A program made the translations under genes and the position numbers. From Methylotenera sp. (GTDB taxonomy: Bacteria; Pseudomonadota; Gammaproteobacteria; Burkholderiales; Methylophilaceae), in NCBI GenBank assembly GCA_046595335.1, contig JBKJOT010000109.1:21006-85005 (forward strand): 64,000 nucleotides of DNA, read 5' to 3'. The notes under the pieces were generated by a model. It had not been told where the DNA came from and ran no database searches. It saw nothing but the letters and a program-made list of their open reading frames with translations. Below, in pieces: positions 34,918-44,610 of the stretch (position 1 is its first letter; each line of letters opens with the position of its first letter).

Positions 34918-36371
34918 AAGGAAGCTCCTTGGCCATAGCTTCTCAAAGCCGCTTGTGCAATCAACGCATCACTGAATGGATATTTCACGCCGGAAATTTC
35001 CTGGTAATCTTCATGGCCTTTACCTGCTACCAACACGATGTCGCCCTGGCGGGCTGCACGTACTGCCATGGTGATCGCAGTTTCTCTATCTGGTTCTACC
35101 GCGTATGTACCGCTCATGCCTGCCATGATCTGCTTGATGATTGTTTGCGGATTTTCACTGCGCGGGTTATCAGAAGTGACCACCACGTTATCTGCCAACT
35201 TGCGGGCAATACTTCCCATCAATGGTCGTTTGCCGGCATCACGGTCACCGCCGCAACCAAATACGCAGATAAGCTTATTGGGCGCATTGACTTGTTCTTT
35301 CAAGGTACTCAATACTTTTTCGAGTGCATCCGGCGTATGGGCATAATCAATCACCACTAATGGCAATTCACTGCCGCCGAATTGCTGCATGCGTCCCAGT
35401 ACCGGCTGGATTTGCGCAATAGTTTTAATGGCTTCATCTTGGTCTACATCCAAAGCTAGCAAGGTTCCCAAAACAGCCAAAACGTTATACGCATTAAAGC
35501 GGCCCAGTACGGGTGCCCTTAGCAGCGCACTACCGTGTGGCGTTGCCACTTGCATGCTTAAGCCCGTATCTTGAAGTTTCAAGTCAGTCGCACAAATATC
35601 CCCGCTACCGATACCATAAGTCATGAATGGTTTGTTTTGCTGTTGAAGTGACTTTGCAACTGACTGGCCGAATGCATCATCCGCATTTAAAATCGCCATG
35701 CTCAAGTCCGGCCAATCGAATAGTTTTTGTTTTGCTGCGGCATATGCTTCCATAGTGCCGTGATAATCCAGGTGATCACGACTAAGATTAGTCAGGATGG
35801 CGATATCAAATTCCACGCCATTCACACGACCTTGGTCTAAGCCATGTGACGATACCTCCATCACCACTGCGTTGGCTTGCTGTTTAAGATAGTTAGCTAG
35901 CATGTTCTGCAATAAAATCGCGTCAGGCGTAGTGTTGGTTGTTTCAGCCAACTTCGTGTTTTTGCTATCAACAAAGCCATTACCGATGGTGCCCAGCACC
36001 GCGGTTTTTTTGCCGATAATCGCCAAGCACTGCGCCACCCATTGGCTTACAGATGTTTTGCCGTTGGTACCGGTCACACCTATCATTGTTAGCTGGCTTG
36101 AAGGTTGGCCGTAATAGTCAGCAGCAATCTCACCTACCTGCAATTTAAGACCACTGATTGCCTGGTTCTTGACTTGCCAATCTGCATTCCAGGTAAATCC
36201 GTCTTTTTCCCATAGAACTGCTGTTGCGCCGGCTTTAATCGCTTGTGCAATAAAATATCTACCATCACTTTTAGCTCCGGGATAAGCCAGAAATAGTGAA
36301 CCAGGTTGCACTTGGCGACTGTCTGCAGTGATGCCAGTGAAAGTTTGATGGAAATTGGTCAGCATATTCAT
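34914..36371 (-). CDS. murE: UDP-N-acetylmuramoyl-L-alanyl-D-glutamate--2,6-diaminopimelate ligase
   Basis: 485 aa. GVTGTNGKTS, the DNPR motif (TSDNPRSE) and position in the cluster. Confidence 0.95.
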   Translation of the reverse strand: MNMLTNFHQTFTGITADSRQVQPGSLFLAYPGAKSDGRYFIAQAIKAGATAVLWEKDGFTWNADWQVKNQAISGLKLQVGEIAADYYGQPSSQLTMIGVTGTNGKTSVSQWVAQCLAIIGKKTAVLGTIGNGFVDSKNTKLAETTNTTPDAILLQNMLANYLKQQANAVVMEVSSHGLDQGRVNGVEFDIAILTNLSRDHLDYHGTMEAYAAAKQKLFDWPDLSMAILNADDAFGQSVAKSLQQQNKPFMTYGIGSGDICATDLKLQDTGLSMQVATPHGSALLRAPVLGRFNAYNVLAVLGTLLALDVDQDEAIKTIAQIQPVLGRMQQFGGSELPLVVIDYAHTPDALEKVLSTLKEQVNAPNKLICVFGCGGDRDAGKRPLMGSIARKLADNVVVTSDNPRSENPQTIIKQIMAGMSGTYAVEPDRETAITMAVRAARQGDIVLVAGKGHEDYQEISGVKYPFSDALIAQAALRSYGQGASL

Positions 36372-38116
36372 ATGCTTTCCTTTTCATCTTCAATATTGCT
36401 CGGGATCACTACGTTATTATTGACGGCATCTTGCGGCACGGCGAGCATACGCAGCGTATCAGCCATCACCGCGCTGAAAACTGGCGCAGCGATTGTGCCA
36501 CCATAGTATTCGCCAGTGGTTGGTTCATCAATCATCACCGCCATGATCAAGCGTGGATTTGAGGCAGGTGCCATGCCCACAAAAGACCCTACATACTTAT
36601 CTTTTTCGTAGCCATGCGGCCCTAATTTATGGGTAGTACCGGTTTTACCACCGACGCGATAACCAAGTACTTGCGCTTTAAGGGCTGTACCTCCTGGTGA
36701 AACGACCATTTCCAGCATGTCTTTAACTTCATGCGCCGTCTTGGCACTGAATACCTGACTACCTACCGGAGCATCAGCCAACTTTAGCAATGAAACCGGT
36801 TTGAGCTCACCATCATTAGCAAATACGGTATAGGCGCGAGCGAGCTGTAGAAGTGTTACGCTAATACCGTTACCGAATGACATGGTAGCCTGTTCAATAG
36901 GGCGCCAGTTCTTGTAATCCCGTACACGTCCTGAAGCTTCACCAGGAAACCCGATATGGGTTTTTGCACCGAACCCGATCTGGTTGAATGTACTCCACAT
37001 ATATTTTTTATCCAGCGACAGCGCAATCTTGGATGAGCCCACGTTAGAAGATTTTTGAATCACTTCCGCCACTGACAATATGCCATGGGCATGCGAATCG
37101 TGAATGGTTGCCGGGCCGATAGTCAATGTACCCGGCGAGGTCTGGATTTTTGTCTCTGGCGTATACTGGCCGGATTCCAAACCAGCGGCAATGGTCACCG
37201 GTTTCAAAGTAGAACCTGGCTCGAACACATCCACAATAGCGCGATTGCGCGACTTACCTTGGATATTAACGGGGTTATTCGGGTTGTAGGTCGGTACATT
37301 AGTCATCGCCAGCACTTCACCGGTTTTAGCATCGAGCACGATTGCAGCACCGGCCTTGGCTTTATACAAATCCACGGCTCTGGCTAATTCACGGTGTGCC
37401 AGGTACTGGATACGACGATCGATGGATAACACCACATCATGTCCATCTTGCGGTACTTTGACTGCTTGCAGGTCTTCTACAATATGGCCGGCACGGTCTT
37501 TAATAACTCGGCGACTACCTTCTTTACCGGAAAGGGTATCGTTCATTGCCAGCTCAAAACCTTCTTGGCCTACATCATCGATACCGGTAAAACCGACTAA
37601 ATGTGCGGTTACTTCGCCGCCTGGGTAGTACCGCTTGTATTCACGTTGCAGGTAAATGCCAGAAACGCCGAGTTTCATGACCTGCGCTGCGAGCTCAGGT
37701 GAGATACGGCGCTTAAGATAAACAAATTCGCGCTCATTATTAGCCAGCTTTTTACTGATTTCCGAAGGCTTGATATTAAGCAAATCCGCAATCTTTTTGG
37801 TTTGTGTAGGCGTAATCTGCACATCTGGCGGACTTGCCCAAACGGACTCTACGGGCGAGCTAATCGCAAGCAATTCGCCATATCTATCAGTGATTTTGCC
37901 GCGTTGCGCATGCAAGGTCAGTGTGCGGCTATAACGCTCATCACCTTTTTCCTGCAAAAAGCGCTTATGGAAGCTTTGTAGATAAACACCGCGACCAAGT
38001 AAAGCTGCAAAGCCAGCTAATACCGCAATCAATAGCAAACGGCGGCGCCAGGCTGGCAGTTTGACCACGTTTAAGTTGTGGCTAGGTTTATGGTTAGATT
38101 GGCTCACCATCATCAT
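36368..38116 (-). CDS. ftsI: Peptidoglycan D,D-transpeptidase FtsI (PBP3)
   Basis: 582 aa. N-terminal TM helix, then the transpeptidase motifs STLK (GSTLKP), SSN and KTGT. Confidence 0.9.
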   Translation of the reverse strand: MMMVSQSNHKPSHNLNVVKLPAWRRRLLLIAVLAGFAALLGRGVYLQSFHKRFLQEKGDERYSRTLTLHAQRGKITDRYGELLAISSPVESVWASPPDVQITPTQTKKIADLLNIKPSEISKKLANNEREFVYLKRRISPELAAQVMKLGVSGIYLQREYKRYYPGGEVTAHLVGFTGIDDVGQEGFELAMNDTLSGKEGSRRVIKDRAGHIVEDLQAVKVPQDGHDVVLSIDRRIQYLAHRELARAVDLYKAKAGAAIVLDAKTGEVLAMTNVPTYNPNNPVNIQGKSRNRAIVDVFEPGSTLKPVTIAAGLESGQYTPETKIQTSPGTLTIGPATIHDSHAHGILSVAEVIQKSSNVGSSKIALSLDKKYMWSTFNQIGFGAKTHIGFPGEASGRVRDYKNWRPIEQATMSFGNGISVTLLQLARAYTVFANDGELKPVSLLKLADAPVGSQVFSAKTAHEVKDMLEMVVSPGGTALKAQVLGYRVGGKTGTTHKLGPHGYEKDKYVGSFVGMAPASNPRLIMAVMIDEPTTGEYYGGTIAAPVFSAVMADTLRMLAVPQDAVNNNVVIPSNIEDEKESI

Positions 38117-38472
38117 GGCTGCCCACCAGCTGATTTTTCAACTTTTGAAGGAGTCGGTATTACGGGTGCTACGATAGTCGCTGCTGGTGCAATCACAGTA
38201 TCTGGGACTTTCATGCTGGAAACCACCTGGATGCGTTTAGAGTCCGGAACACGCATCTGCAACACTTGTGTTGCTACAAGTTCCACGCGCGAGTGCATCG
38301 CCCAGGTACTTTGTTCCAGCTGCAACTGTCCATACTCTTGGTCGTATTGTTTAGCGGCCTGACCCAATTGCTCTAACTCAATATAAAGCTTGCGTGCTTT
38401 ATGCTGGGCGTTCACCAAGCCTAGAGACGAGAATATCAATGCGAAAAATAGGATAAGGTTCAGGCGGGTCAT
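38113..38472 (-). CDS. ftsL: Cell division protein FtsL
   Basis: 119 aa. TM helix ([17 protein letters not shown]) followed by a coiled-coil-like segment; position between rsmH and ftsI. Overlaps both neighbours by 4 nt. Confidence 0.75.
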   Translation of the reverse strand: MTRLNLILFFALIFSSLGLVNAQHKARKLYIELEQLGQAAKQYDQEYGQLQLEQSTWAMHSRVELVATQVLQMRVPDSKRIQVVSSMKVPDTVIAPAATIVAPVIPTPSKVEKSAGGQP

Positions 38473-39545
38473 GCTACCTGCGTCCTTTCGGCCACACGCA
38501 TCACAGCACTGCGCGAACGTACGTTACGCTTGATCTCCGCGGCGTTAGGTTTAATCGCTTTACCTACGCTTATTAATTTCGGCTGCGGCAAATCAGCTGC
38601 ACGCACTGGAAAATTGCTGGGTAAATCATCACGATTCGCCTGATCGCGGATGAACTGTTTCACCATGCGATCTTCCAGCGAATGAAAGCTAATGACTGCC
38701 AGCCTACCTTGCGGTGCCAGTAATTGCAGGCATTGCGGTAATGTTAACGAAAGCTCTTCAAGCTCCTGATTGACGAAAATCCGTAAAGCCTGAAATGTAC
38801 GCGTTGCTGGGTTTTGCCCAGGCTCATGCCGCGTGACTGCACTTGCCACGATCTTGGCAAGTTGGCCGGTAGTGGTGATGGCGCGCCCGTCATTGCGCTC
38901 CGTAATAATCGCCCTTGCAATCTGCTTAGCAAACCGTTCTTCACCATAATTTTTTATAACCTCCGCTAATTTTTGTTCTGTTGTTTCGGCCAAAAATTCT
39001 GCCGCTGTCTGCCCACTGGTTTGGTCCATGCGCATATCCAACGGCGCATCAAATCTAAAACTAAAACCTCTTTCTCCTTCATCTATTTGCGGCGATGAAA
39101 TGCCTAAATCTAGCAAGATGCCATCTACCTTTGTAATACCTATTTCACTTAATTTATTTTTCATGCCCGCAAAGTGGCTATGCACCATGCTGAATCGCGG
39201 GTCTTGGATAGTCTTGCCTGCCTCAACTGCACGCAAATCGCGGTCAAATGCGATCAAACGTCCATTAACGTCTAATTGGGTGAGTATTTTTCTGGAATGT
39301 CCGCCACGGCCGAAGGTGCCGTCAACGTAGGTACCGCTGGATTTTATTGCAAGCGCATGCACAGCTTCGTCTAGCAGCACGGTAATGTGTTCCGAGGAAG
39401 ATGTTTCAGTTTTTGAATCAGGTAGGGACATGTCAGGTGCAGGTACTTTTAATGAACTTTTATCTAACTTCAATGCGCCCTTGTTAGACACTTTTTTTGA
39501 AGACAATGATGCTTTGTTGGGCGCGCTGTTCACGCCCTTAATCAC
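38469..39545 (-). CDS. rsmH: 16S rRNA (cytosine1402-N4)-methyltransferase
   Basis: [10 protein letters not shown]...[10 protein letters not shown]...LGISSPQ motifs. The start is ambiguous: GTG 39545 overlaps the mraZ stop and adds a Lys/Ser-rich extension of about 38 aa, whereas ATG 39431 has no obvious RBS. Confidence 0.9.
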   Translation of the reverse strand: MIKGVNSAPNKASLSSKKVSNKGALKLDKSSLKVPAPDMSLPDSKTETSSSEHITVLLDEAVHALAIKSSGTYVDGTFGRGGHSRKILTQLDVNGRLIAFDRDLRAVEAGKTIQDPRFSMVHSHFAGMKNKLSEIGITKVDGILLDLGISSPQIDEGERGFSFRFDAPLDMRMDQTSGQTAAEFLAETTEQKLAEVIKNYGEERFAKQIARAIITERNDGRAITTTGQLAKIVASAVTRHEPGQNPATRTFQALRIFVNQELEELSLTLPQCLQLLAPQGRLAVISFHSLEDRMVKQFIRDQANRDDLPSNFPVRAADLPQPKLISVGKAIKPNAAEIKRNVRSRSAVMRVAERTQVA

Positions 39546-39988
39546 AGCGAGAAGCCCTCGAGTTCCACTGGCATTTCAAAGCCGCTACCCTCCATGACCT
39601 GCGCTAGCTGAGCGCGCCAGGCTTCCATATCCCACAACTCAAAATGGCTACCTTGGCCTACCAACATCACTTCTTTGTCCAAAGCTGCAAAATCCCTCAA
39701 AACAGGGGAGACCAGCAATCGCCCAGCACTATCCAGGGTGATATCTTCAGCAAAACCTACTAGCAAGCGCTGCAATGCACTGGATTTGGGGTCAAATGAG
39801 GACAATGCCATCATTTTGGCCTGAATTGGCTCCCATGCCGGCTGCGGATAAAGCAACAAGCAACCATGCGGATGCGCAGTCAACACTAAATTGCCAGCGC
39901 ACTCAGCTTGCATAGCTTCTCGATGCTTGGTTGGAACGGCAAGCCGTCCTTTTGCATCTAGATTTAATGATGTTGCACCGCGAAACAT
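39542..39988 (-). CDS. mraZ: Transcriptional regulator MraZ
   Basis: 148 aa. [19 protein letters not shown] and a second SpoVT/AbrB-like repeat ([10 protein letters not shown]). Confidence 0.95.
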   Translation of the reverse strand: MFRGATSLNLDAKGRLAVPTKHREAMQAECAGNLVLTAHPHGCLLLYPQPAWEPIQAKMMALSSFDPKSSALQRLLVGFAEDITLDSAGRLLVSPVLRDFAALDKEVMLVGQGSHFELWDMEAWRAQLAQVMEGSGFEMPVELEGFSL

Positions 39989-40141
39989 GATTCGTTATTT
40001 GCCTGATCTGAAATTTTAAAAAGGTGCTTAATAAAAAGTGGGGAATCGCAAAGCAACCTGAATTCTTTAAATGGCGCTGGTTGCTCTAGCTAGTTTTCTG
40101 CCCTTAGTAGTCATTCAGAAAATAGCTCGAATTCACAATTC

Positions 40142-40166
40142 CCCACAAAAACCCACTTTTTCCCAC
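40142..40166 (-). promoter_or_regulatory. MraZ operator: three direct GTGGG repeats with 5-nt spacers
   Basis: The minus strand reads GTGGG-AAAAA-GTGGG-TTTTT-GTGGG (CCCAC at 40142, 40152 and 40162 on plus), an exact 10-bp period. This matches the (G)TGGGN repeat architecture described for E. coli MraZ at Pmra. Confidence 0.6.
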
Positions 40167-40174
40167 TAATCTGC

Positions 40175-40203
40175 ACTATAGATAAAAAAAAAGCGCAACG
40201 CAA
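40175..40203 (-). promoter_or_regulatory. Candidate sigma70 promoter of the dcw cluster (Pmra-like)
   Basis: Minus strand: TTGCGT (40203-40198), 17-nt spacer, TATAGT (40180-40175). The predicted start site lies immediately upstream of the first GTGGG box. Confidence 0.5.
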
Positions 40204-40404
40204 GCCCTTTTTTGTTATTTTTTCTTTATAGCTCAATGACTTAGCGTATTTTTGGGATAAATATAAAATCGTTATGAATTAAGCACATACGAAATTAACT
40301 GAATGTAGATTATTAGAACACCGATGAAAGCGGTTGAATGTATTGATTAGGGAATTGAATGTATGTGTGCGAAGGTTTGATAACTATAAATAATCGAAGA
40401 AATT

Positions 40405-40428
40405 TGAAATAAGCCCCATAAGGGCTTC
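40405..40428 (-). terminator. Rho-independent terminator downstream of rnpB
   Basis: Hairpin AAGCCC-CATAA-GGGCTT, followed on the minus strand by ATTTCAAATTTC. It is the third of three 6-bp-stem hairpins after the rnpB 3' end. Confidence 0.55.
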
Positions 40429-40520
40429 CTCTATTTACTATGTCACCAAAGTGGCAAGTAAGCCAATTAATGGCTTGTCCGTGGAATATATGCGGTAAAC
40501 CGCATTATTCACACGCCAAA

Positions 40521-40857
40521 AAGTGAAGCTGGCCGATAAGCCGGGTTTTGTAGACCTTATTGCTAAGGCTGACAGTCATTCATCTAGGCGCATAATTACT
40601 TATGCGCTCAAGCTATCTACCCGCTGGCAGCGCGAGCCACGCTCTATTCACTTGCGTAAAAATGCCAGCCTATTTGATATTGCTGCAGATGGAGGTTACC
40701 GCGTTTCACCGTAACTTAATACGCTCGTCTCTGTGGCCCTATTCCGCGCCTTATACTGTCACCAGTTTTCAGCGGACGGCCGTTAGCCGTCATCCCGCTC
40801 TGTGCAGCCCGGACTTTCCTCCCCCTATTACTAGGCGGCGACTGTCTAGCCAGCTTC
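40521..40857 (-). ncRNA. rnpB: RNase P RNA, bacterial type A
   Basis: Minus strand 5' GAAGCTGGCTAGACAGTCGCCGCC...GGGGGAGGAAAGTCCGGGCTGCACAG... and 3' ...CCTAGATGAATGACTGTC...ACAAAACCCGGCTTATCGGCCAGCTTCACTT. It is collinear with E. coli M1 RNA, including both P4 strands and P1 pairing of the termini. Ends are approximate to within a few nt. Confidence 0.9.
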
Positions 40858-40884
40858 AATACCATTTTAACATGCTGAGTAACT

Positions 40885-41931
40885 TTAATCTTTTTGAAAT
40901 TTCCAAGAAAGCGATTGGCCTGCGCGCAAGGGCACCAATACATCTCCGTCAAACGGTAGACTGTCCGGCACTGTCCAGCTTTCTCTAGTTAAGGTGATGC
41001 GCTCCGTATTGCGCGGCAACCCATAGAAGTCTGCTCCATAAAAGCTGGCAAAACCTTCTAACTTCTCCAGAGCATTGGCCTTATCAAAGGCTTCAGCATA
41101 AAGCTCCAAGGCGGTATGCGCAGTGTACATACCAGCACAGCCACAGGCCGCTTCTTTGGTATGTCTAGCATGTGGTGCGCTATCTGTGCCTAAGAAGAAT
41201 TTAGTGTTGCCAGAAACTGCGGCCTTCATTAGCGCAATCCGATGTTCCTCACGCTTCAAGATAGGCAAACAGTAATGGTGCGGCTGAATGCCGCTTTTGA
41301 ACATATCATTGCGATTCATGAGCAAGTGATGCGCGGTAATCGTAGCAGCCACATTCCTAGGCGCTTCCGTAACAAAGTCTGCCGCATCTTTAGTAGTGAT
41401 ATGCTCGAACACAATTTTTAAGGCTGGAAATTTTTTGAGCAACGGAATCATGTGCAGCTCAATAAATAGGCGCTCCCGGTCAAATACATCCACATCATTG
41501 TCAGTGACTTCAGCGTGTGTCAGCAAAGGTATGCCTAACTTTTCCATCGCTTCCAGCGCTTTTTCGCAATGTTCAAGATTGGTGACGCCAGAGTCGGAGT
41601 TCGTGGTAGCACCAGCAGGATAGAGCTTAATGCCATGCACGATTCCGCTTGCCTTGGCTTTTGCAATTTCATCCGCAGCAGTATTATCAGTCAAATACAG
41701 CGTCATTAATGGCTCGAAATCCATACCGACCGGTAGCGCATCCATAATGCGCTGGCGATATGCAGTTGCTAATTCAGTAGTAGTTACTGGTGGGCGAAGA
41801 TTAGGCATCACAATCGCTCGTGCAAATTGCCTGGCGGTATCAGGCAGCACTGCTTTTAAGGCTGCTCCATCGCGCAAATGCAGGTGCCAATCGTCGGGGC
41901 GGGTAATAATTAAAGATTGTGGGTTCGTCAT
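40885..41931 (-). CDS. pyrC: Dihydroorotase (homodimeric class II type)
   Basis: 348 aa. [18 protein letters not shown] and GTDSAPH motifs. Confidence 0.9.
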   Translation of the reverse strand: MTNPQSLIITRPDDWHLHLRDGAALKAVLPDTARQFARAIVMPNLRPPVTTTELATAYRQRIMDALPVGMDFEPLMTLYLTDNTAADEIAKAKASGIVHGIKLYPAGATTNSDSGVTNLEHCEKALEAMEKLGIPLLTHAEVTDNDVDVFDRERLFIELHMIPLLKKFPALKIVFEHITTKDAADFVTEAPRNVAATITAHHLLMNRNDMFKSGIQPHHYCLPILKREEHRIALMKAAVSGNTKFFLGTDSAPHARHTKEAACGCAGMYTAHTALELYAEAFDKANALEKLEGFASFYGADFYGLPRNTERITLTRESWTVPDSLPFDGDVLVPLRAGQSLSWKFQKD

Positions 41932-42005
41932 TTTTCAGGGGTACTAATTTTCAGTGATACAAATTTAAAGTGATACAAATTAAAGTGGAACCATTTTTCA
42001 ATATT

Positions 42006-42857
42006 CTATTTATCAGCTTGCTTTAAAGTAAGGGCAAATTCGTACAAATCGTTTTTCTTTTCTTTGGTGATTTCTACGGCCAGCTTTACTGCTTGCTTTA
42101 GCGGCAACTCCACTAGTAATAATTTTAATACACGTATGGTTTCTTCCGAAATTTCTTCTGCATCTTTTATCGCCGCTGCCTCCACCAATAGCACAAATTC
42201 ACCACGCTGCTGATTAGCATCGGCCTGCAACCACACGGTTGCCAAGCCTAAATCACAACTATAGATTGTCTCAAAAGTTTTTGTGAGTTCTCGGGCAAAA
42301 GTAATGCGGCGCTCAGCGCCTAACACTGTTGCCATATCGGTAATGCTTTCGATAATACGATGTGGCGCTTCGTAAAATACCAATGTAACAGGTTGCTCTT
42401 TTAAAATTTCCAGCGCCTTGCGCCGCGCCGCGCCGCTTGCCGGAAGGAACCCATGGAACAGGAAACCATTCTGGGTAATGCCAGAGGCAGATAATGCAGC
42501 AATCACTGCGCTTACGCCGGGAATCGGCACCACTTTAATGCCTGCCTTACGCACAATATCCACCACTACCGCCCCCGGGTCACTGATTCCCGGCGTGCCC
42601 GCATCAGTGACCAAGGCAATACTTTCGCCTGCTTTTAGTTGCAATAATAACTTTTCAGCAGATTGATATTCGTTGTGTTCGTGTACTGCAATGAGTTTTT
42701 TACTGATGCCGAAATGCGACAGCAAGCCCGAGGTATGGCGCGTGTCTTCCGCAGCAATCGCATCGACTGCCTTAAGAGTCTCCAGCGCGCGCAACGTGAT
42801 ATCAGCCAGATTTCCAATTGGTGTAGCTACCACATATAATAGACCATCTTTATTCAT
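42006..42857 (-). CDS. rsmI: 16S rRNA (cytidine1402-2'-O)-methyltransferase
   Basis: 283 aa. LYVVATPIGNLADITLRALETL..., EDTRHT and DAGTPGISDPG motifs. Confidence 0.9.
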   Translation of the reverse strand: MNKDGLLYVVATPIGNLADITLRALETLKAVDAIAAEDTRHTSGLLSHFGISKKLIAVHEHNEYQSAEKLLLQLKAGESIALVTDAGTPGISDPGAVVVDIVRKAGIKVVPIPGVSAVIAALSASGITQNGFLFHGFLPASGAARRKALEILKEQPVTLVFYEAPHRIIESITDMATVLGAERRITFARELTKTFETIYSCDLGLATVWLQADANQQRGEFVLLVEAAAIKDAEEISEETIRVLKLLLVELPLKQAVKLAVEITKEKKNDLYEFALTLKQADK

Positions 42858-42933
42858 CTGCGCTTAACCCTAAATTTTGTCCAAATCCATACATCAATCT
42901 ATTGTTTTAAAACCAGCCTTAATCAAGCAGATC

Positions 42934-44556
42934 ATGTTGCGATTTTTATTGGTCATTACTACTTTTATGTGTGTATCGACATCTAGCTTAGCCGATACCA
43001 GAATTTCACCTGAAGAAGCTTTTTTACAGGGCCAGAAATATCTTGAACAAGCCAATGTTTCTTTGGCAGAACTCAGCCTGACGCGCATTCCGCCAAGCTC
43101 GCCCTATGCAAAATTACTGGCTGGCAATATTGCTGCTAAAAATGGTGATATTGACCGCAGCTTTTTGTTGTTGCTACCTTTGCAATCAACCAACAGCTTA
43201 ACTGCGCCCGCGGTAGCTAGTTTACATGCAAGTTTAAGCGATGCCTATGAAAAACAAGGTGATAGCTATAACGCACTAGTCCAACTAATCCGCCGTGAAG
43301 AGTTTTTAACGGACACGCAAGCCATTGAAAAGAACAATGAAAAGATTTGGAAATTACTGACAAGCTTAAACGCCCAAGACTTAGTCGGTATGCGCGGAGA
43401 AAGTACTGACACCGCTACCCAAGGCTGGATTGATTTAGGCCTGATTGTCAAAAATAGTGCCGAAAACAGTGATAGCCCGGCACAGCTTTCCACCTGGCTA
43501 AATAGTTATCCGGACCACCCAGCGACAGGTTTTGCAAAGACTTTAGTTTTTGCTAATGCAAGCAACAAAACAAATACCGAACAAGCCAAAGCCGGTTTGC
43601 CGCTGAACGGCAACATTGCCTTGATTTTACCTTTAGATAACATCGCACTTTCTGGCATAGTGAATGCTTTTAAATTGGGTTTGCAGGCTGCACTAACTAA
43701 AAATTCCATCGCTAATACCATCAAAGTTTACGCCAGCCTGGGTGACCAGGAAAGTTTCGGTGATTTATATGCTTACGCTAGAGACGAAGGCGCGAGTTAC
43801 TTCATAGGCCCGCTGCAAACTAACGAGCTTATTGAACCCAGACCTGAGGTGCAGGCCCTCACCTTGCTGGATTCCAACTTACCAGTTGACACCAGCTTCC
43901 AACATACGGGCCTATCGCTGCAAGATGAAGCACAGACGCTTTTTAGATTCGCTAGTAGCCATGCATTTCAGCGCGTCACCATATTGGCGGCAGATACTGA
44001 TGCTGCAAAAGACATGGCGGATAGCTTTCAGGCACTTTGGCAGGGTAATTTAAAAGATGATACGAATATCATTAAACTGCCTAAAAATTTAAAAACCGGT
44101 GATGCCCGCTTACTGGATTTGAAAGCTGCGATCGCAGCCCAAAATACGGACATGCTGTTATTAGCCCTGTCGGCTGATGAGGCGCGTATTATCAGGCCTT
44201 ACCTGGATATCAGCATTCCAACGTTTGCATTTTCCAGCATTAACAATTCAGTTCCAGCGGATAGCAAAATCTTCAATGCCGTACGTTTTGTAGATATTCC
44301 CTTCTTGCTGGATAACGATAATCAATTTGATTATTACCATGAGCAAGCAGCCACCCTACCAACCAAAGAGCTACAACGCTGGTTTGCTTTAGGCGTAGAT
44401 ACTCTGCAATTGCTTCTAGCAAGCTCACGCACGCCAGACTCTGAAATCATTATCAATGGCCTGACCGGCAGGCTGTTGATCGACCAAAACGGCCAGATAA
44501 AGCGCAAGTTGCCGATGGGACGTTACACTTATAACGGCCCAATACTTGATAATTAA
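42934..44556 (+). CDS. lpoA: Penicillin-binding protein activator LpoA-like (YraM family) periplasmic protein
   Basis: Signal peptide from ATG 42934 (MLRFLLVITTFMCVSTSSLA), a TPR-like N-terminal domain and a periplasmic-binding-protein-like C-terminal domain. The conserved divergent position next to rsmI, followed by yraN, matches E. coli yraL-yraM-yraN. The track start at 42877 is a TTG. Confidence 0.75.
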   Translation: MLRFLLVITTFMCVSTSSLADTRISPEEAFLQGQKYLEQANVSLAELSLTRIPPSSPYAKLLAGNIAAKNGDIDRSFLLLLPLQSTNSLTAPAVASLHASLSDAYEKQGDSYNALVQLIRREEFLTDTQAIEKNNEKIWKLLTSLNAQDLVGMRGESTDTATQGWIDLGLIVKNSAENSDSPAQLSTWLNSYPDHPATGFAKTLVFANASNKTNTEQAKAGLPLNGNIALILPLDNIALSGIVNAFKLGLQAALTKNSIANTIKVYASLGDQESFGDLYAYARDEGASYFIGPLQTNELIEPRPEVQALTLLDSNLPVDTSFQHTGLSLQDEAQTLFRFASSHAFQRVTILAADTDAAKDMADSFQALWQGNLKDDTNIIKLPKNLKTGDARLLDLKAAIAAQNTDMLLLALSADEARIIRPYLDISIPTFAFSSINNSVPADSKIFNAVRFVDIPFLLDNDNQFDYYHEQAATLPTKELQRWFALGVDTLQLLLASSRTPDSEIIINGLTGRLLIDQNGQIKRKLPMGRYTYNGPILDN

Positions 44557-44610
44557 TGCGCTTCAAATTAATGTACTTAAAATTAACGTACCTAAATTAA
44601 GTGCTTTAAA

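Noticed and set aside
40523-40988. Track ORFs at 40523-40714(+), 40602-40988(+) and 40716-40952(-)
   Set aside because: They overlap the RNase P RNA gene (rnpB) and the end of pyrC. The conserved sequence there is explained by the structured RNA, not by coding.
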